Shown one piece after another: positions 59,171 through 64,000 of a DNA stretch of 64,000 nt. The notes under the pieces are model-generated. The model had not been told where the DNA came from and made no database searches. It worked only from the letters and a program-made list of their open reading frames with translations. Positions within the stretch are counted from its first letter, which is position 1, and every line of letters starts with the position of its first letter. The DNA is taken from positions 945,097 through 1,009,096 of the forward strand of contig NMRA01000044.1 of assembly GCA_002633005.1 (NCBI GenBank), in the 5' to 3' direction. Made by a program: the position numbers and the translations under genes. The stretch comes from Phoronis australis. Taxonomy: Eukaryota > Animalia > Phoronida.

Positions 59171-60212
59171 GTTCTTGCGACATTCATGTAGTGGCTATAT
59201 AAAAAGTGAAGTTTGCTCTCATTCGACTTTGACTGCCGTGCATGTTGCGGTACACAACTAAACATGCACACTTCAAGCTCAAAAAAGCTCTGTTCTCATT
59301 ATCTTTTTTAAACGAGAATTATATGCCATGTCAAAGGAATATCCTTTGAGAATAAGTTTCGATTTCATTGGCTTGCGTTACAATTAGGTTTTTAGAATAA
59401 AGAAAGGTAAATGTTATTAACCGTATTGCTCTCGTCCCTTCATGTGTTCACGTACATGAATAAGTCCATCCTGATATAGCACACCACCACTCTCATTGCA
59501 GTGAGCTTACCCACAATGCATCATATTTGTCAAGCACTGGTCCTGCTTCCTGCAAATGTACCAAATGTTTTGAACGCCTAGATACACTCAAAACGGTGCA
59601 AAATGACGCAAACACCCACGATTGCACTACATTTCCTCCACATCAGCCATATAGCTCTAGACTAGAATTCTATGCATTAGCCAAACGTGTCGCTGCATAT
59701 ATCACCATAGTCATGTGACTAACATTGTCAAAATTTGCGTCCCTCCGCGCGAGCCACGCGAGTGCACAGGCGAACTCAACAGCGTTTGGGGTTCAGCTGT
59801 ACTCTAATGTCTAAATGTGCTGACTATGAAGCTGATACAGTACAAGCCCGCTTATGGTCATCGTTCTGTACAATCATGCAACTTGCTGTCATGTGACCAC
59901 ATGGCGCAGTTGAAATTCCTTGATAGTAAAGATGTCCGCCGTGATTCAGCATTAGGTTTTTGACAAACCCGGTGGTGCATGGTAAATGTAGCGTTCTTTG
60001 GCGGCTGCTTCCTGAAAATAAATTCAGTTATACTGCAATGCATGTATGATATCCTTCGCTCTCGTTCATTTAAATACTTTCGTCTTATGACTGTCTAAAT
60101 AAGGCGGATGTATCCTCAGTTCTGCTGCATCTTTGGCATTGTCACCCACCTTTACAGCTCAACGTATATAACTTTTGTATTATTCCATATCTGTAGTGGT
60201 TCAGTTTGTCAT

Positions 60213-60223
60213 AATATATATAT

Positions 60224-60258
<35 letters not shown>

Positions 60259-60262
60259 TATA
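60213..60262. repeat. (TA)n-(TACATA)n microsatellite
   Basis: atatatatatatatacatatacatatacatatacatatacatatatata. Confidence 0.85.
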
Positions 60263-61019
60263 TGACCTTTTATCCCACCCTCACGTGTTGTTTCACTGAC
60301 TAGCTCCGGTATCGGTTCGCAGTTTGCGCATACAAATAATAAAATGTCCTATTTGTTTCATATATTCTTCACGTATCCGTTGCCAACCAATGATAACATG
60401 TATACCGATTATAACTTCTAGTACAAATGCAAAGACAAGATCCGTTGATTTTTCACATCAGTAGATGGATTACATGTAATTGATCGTTATTTGTGTGCAA
60501 TTAGTGTTACAGCACAGAGATCAAGGATTTTTCAAATATGTACGTTTTCAAGGGTTGTCTTTGAGAGCATGCAAAAGGATGTTTTAACAGTAGCTCTTCG
60601 AAATCGCTTATTAATTTTGTACTCCATAATTAGTTGTATTTGTCGAAAACATTGCTGCATGCATTAACTTGAGCAGTCGAAGGGTTCGCTTTGTTTCTCC
60701 AAGAGCAGTGTATGGTTATGAAAACAACAAAAACAGCCATATCATTTCTCCGTGTGTAATTGCTCCCTGACGGTGGTTTAGGAAAAAGTAAAACATGGTG
60801 TTCGATGTTTACACTGACAATGAATAGTCATCAAAAGTAATTTTGTTTTCATGTTGACATTACGTTATTTGCACAATACCTGCCATTCTGTACATCTTTA
60901 CTCCAACGTCAACAAATGAGTGTGGATTACCACTAGCAAGGTGTCATATTGTGTAGACATGGCTCACGCAAATTTCTACAGATTACTGGTTGATAAGCCT
61001 ACTCCGTCCGTGCACGTAC

Positions 61020-62154
61020 CTTGTCGGCCTTCCATTTATAAATTCCAAAGCCTACTGCACCCACGACTAAAAAAGTTGCAAAGGCTGCTAAAATAATAGT
61101 TTCGGTGTTGAAGCTGGCATTTACCTGTAAGAAAATGAAATATTTAGTTGACGCATTCTCGTTTCATAAGTTGTCACCAGTGTGGCAAGTTGCATTAGTT
61201 TAAGTAGCGCCCAGGCAGCTCAGTCCCAAACCTAGCGACAACTCGGTCAAGGAGTAAGTTTTTTTAGTTGTGGACGACACTTAAGTTTTCATCATATTTT
61301 ATTGAATGAGGTTAGAACAAACAGCAGTTTAGTACCGGCTGAACTCATTAACAAAATCTACTTATCTGCATTTAAGACAAACCCCGACTTACGGAGTCAT
61401 AGACAAGACGCTGAATTTCGGTTCTCTCAATCTTATTTACAGGGTTTGAAGACTGGGCACTGTCCGAATCAGTATAGTTGAGGCACAATGACCAATACTC
61501 TGAAACATAATGATTCAAAAAACTGAAACAAATTCTGGTACAGCAGTGGATTCTCATTTTACCGTTAACTGTCCATTTCTCTGCCACAACATATGTACGG
61601 GGAATGAGCTCATGAATGTGATATTTCAAAAAGACGATCGTGAACCCTCACAATTGTTTTCATAGGCCAGCAAGTTTTGTTCTTGTCTCGAAACCTTGAC
61701 GTCATGTGTTCACCTCCATCTTGGCACTGAAACTCGGCACCCTCCCCCAGGCCCCCAATCTCCCATTTGCCTTACAATTCCCAAAACTGAGTAGTGCCCA
61801 ACGTTTCACTGTCACAAAACCTTTTCTGTCACTATATTCAGCATGTTTCCCTGATGACTATTCAACCCGGCTCCAGTTCGCTCAGGGTCTTTTTGACCTT
61901 TTGAAGGACATTTTCCTACTTGTCCATACCCACGTTATTGTTCCGTCCCAAATCGATCGGTTACGTACTTGGACACTCTGTTCGGCACCTTTCCGAGTTG
62001 GGCTGAAAACAGGCGTTGGTGTAACATGGTATGCACGAGTTGTTACCGTGGAGGGCGATGTCGAAGTTAGTCACAGCACGGTGGAACTTCCAGCCGCAGA
62101 CCTCAAACGTCCGCTGCCCTCGGGTAGGATCTAGACAATCTGGGTGCTTGCTGG
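61020..62154 (-). CDS. Partial single-pass membrane protein with a Cys-rich (Grindelwald/TNFR CRD-like) ectodomain; 3 well-supported exons
   Basis: Phase-compatible GT-AG exons: 62154-61969 (SKHPDCLDP...CGW...SCIPCYTNACFQPNSERCRTECP), 61499-61393 (KYWSLCLNYTDSDSAQSSNP...YDS) and 61124-61020 (VNASFNTET-IILAAFATFLVVGAVGFGIY-KWKADK, a TM helix followed by a basic stop-transfer). Tentative extra exons: 62487-62451 and 62360-62311 upstream, 60011-59952 downstream. Confidence 0.65.
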
Positions 62155-64000
62155 CTGCAAGAGTCAAAAATACAAGTAAGCAACAGCAGGGAGCCTCAGA
62201 TTACCACGGTCTACGTGAATCAGTTGACGATTATTGACGGCTGCGGGTTAGACTGCCAACAAGACTGCTTTTACTTTATAACATGAAGAGGGGTTATTGT
62301 TTCTGGCTACCTGTCGTCCATCGGAGGAGAAACTTGCTGTTGTCAGGTGGTAGGTTTTGACTGGAATCGTCAAAACAGGAACCAGTTTCCTTTAAACTTC
62401 ATATGTGGTTCGGTTTGAGAGACAAAATTAGATGGCTTAACATGTGCTACCCTGCCTGGTTCCGTTCAGAAGCTGTATACCAAGTACCTGTAACGACACA
62501 TAGGCCTATCGCCACCACGACCCAACCGATTCTGTTTAAATCCCTGGCTAAATGAAACATGACGTCTTATTAGGAAGATACGTAAATCTTGCAACTTGTT
62601 GTGAACGCTGATGTCTTCTGTCGATCTGACAAGGTAATTCTTGTTGCTGTTATATATATATGTGGACGAGAACTTAATTTAGGAAATTTTTATTAACATT
62701 TCTAGCGATGTAAAATCCACGACTGGCTGGCCCTCATGTGTCATGGCTAAAATTAACCCATGAATCATAACATCGACGGGGAAAATAAAACGTAGGAAAC
62801 TTCAGGTATACATACAAAAAATCCGTGCCGTAGATCTGGTCTGGGAATTTCTGTGTGTCATAAATAACTTCGAGACGTTTTTTTGTTTGCTTTAGCATGC
62901 ATCAAATAGGTCATCGCTCAATGGGCAACAGTATAAGAATGATATATCGATTGATTAGAGGGCACGGCATTTGTGGATTGATGTTTACATATGGAATAAA
63001 GTTTGGAAATTTGTTCTGTTGTTAATGGTGGTGCAAAAATCCATGATTTCATGTCACGATACGTCATAAAGCGATAAACGTATCAGAAAGTGAGAACAGG
63101 AAAGTGACAATTGCTGGACATTCATTTTGTATGGGGGATAAGTATATTACGGAGCACGTGTGTAAAGATTTAGCTCTTGCGCTGTTCACTATTACGTAAC
63201 CATGTTGGTGTCGGTATGAATTCGCTTACATGTTAAAGCGTATTTCCAAAGTATTTAGCTGATAGAAACGAAAAATGAATTAATTCGCTTAAGCGTCAAA
63301 CAATCGGTTTTGTAATATTCCTAGTGCGATTTCCGTAATAGGACTTGACTTCTGTTACCACCAAGGTCATCAAAACCATCAGCGACTCAAGAAAACGCAT
63401 TGGTGTCGGTCAATCCTATTAAAATTGCACTGAATGTCAAAACTGGAGCATATACCAGTGGCGGATCTACGTTTTCACCAAGGGGGGGTTTAGGATTCCC
63501 GCCAAGGTCGAATCCTAGGCGCGTGGCGCCGAGCGCGGGGAGGTCGGGATTGGGGTTTCCCCTCCCGTGTAAGATATTTTTTTGTTTTTGTAGCCAAATG
63601 GTGAAATTTCCATGCACCCTGGTAGGCTAAGTTTCTGGCACTTAACATGTCTCTGGAATTTTTCTTAAGATATTTAAAAACCCTTCTCGATTTTGTCACA
63701 TGGACTTGGCACATAAGTTTCGTGAAACCATAATGTGCACATCTGGGCATGAGTCACGCCACCAGCAAAAATGATTTTTGTTGGAACATCTGCTTACACA
63801 CACCTTTTTCAGCATACGAAAAGTCGTATACGAAAAAGTGTGGTGTGTACACAGGGGTTTAGACAATTTCCAAATATTCAAGAGCATAATTAAGGAGCAC
63901 CGACGGGGCGTAAAAACTTGAATATCAGATGATCGCGTAACAGCAGCCTCAAGTTGTTTAAGAACGAAGACCTGTACTGTTAGTCCGGAAATAAACATGT

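Noticed and set aside
61706-62134. 142-aa plus-strand ORF
   Set aside because: Antisense shadow of the Cys-rich receptor exon and its intron; no domain features.
63696-63820. MLKKVCVSRCSNKNHFCWW...CPDVH as a second THAP-like or Cys-rich exon
   Set aside because: The C2CH/AVP signature is incomplete and I could not link it by splice sites to the receptor gene; too weak to call.

Overview
This is AT-rich, intron-rich eukaryotic (invertebrate metazoan) genomic DNA from a draft assembly with single-N contig joins at 2160, 6356, 25201, 30258, 39880 and 48354. I reconstructed three spliced genes by hand. (1) FTSJ1/TRM7 tRNA 2'-O-methyltransferase on the minus strand: 10 coding exons, 27929-11962, about 332 aa. 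(2) Head-to-head with it, a 19-exon, about 1169-aa secreted inter-alpha-trypsin inhibitor heavy chain (ITIH)-like gene on the plus strand, 31778-54162. Unusually, it carries an extra, different-family VWA domain plus a Thr/Pro linker between the signal peptide and the canonical VIT-VWA-GDPHF-ITI_HC_C core. (3) A partial single-pass membrane protein with a Grindelwald/TNFR-like Cys-rich ectodomain on the minus strand, about 62154-61020. The rest includes a THAP-bearing Kolobok-like element, Harbinger- and hAT-like MITEs, a decayed LINE, a tRNA-derived SINE and simple repeats. Three near-identical duplications abut N joins and look like alternative haplotypes that differ by transposon insertions.
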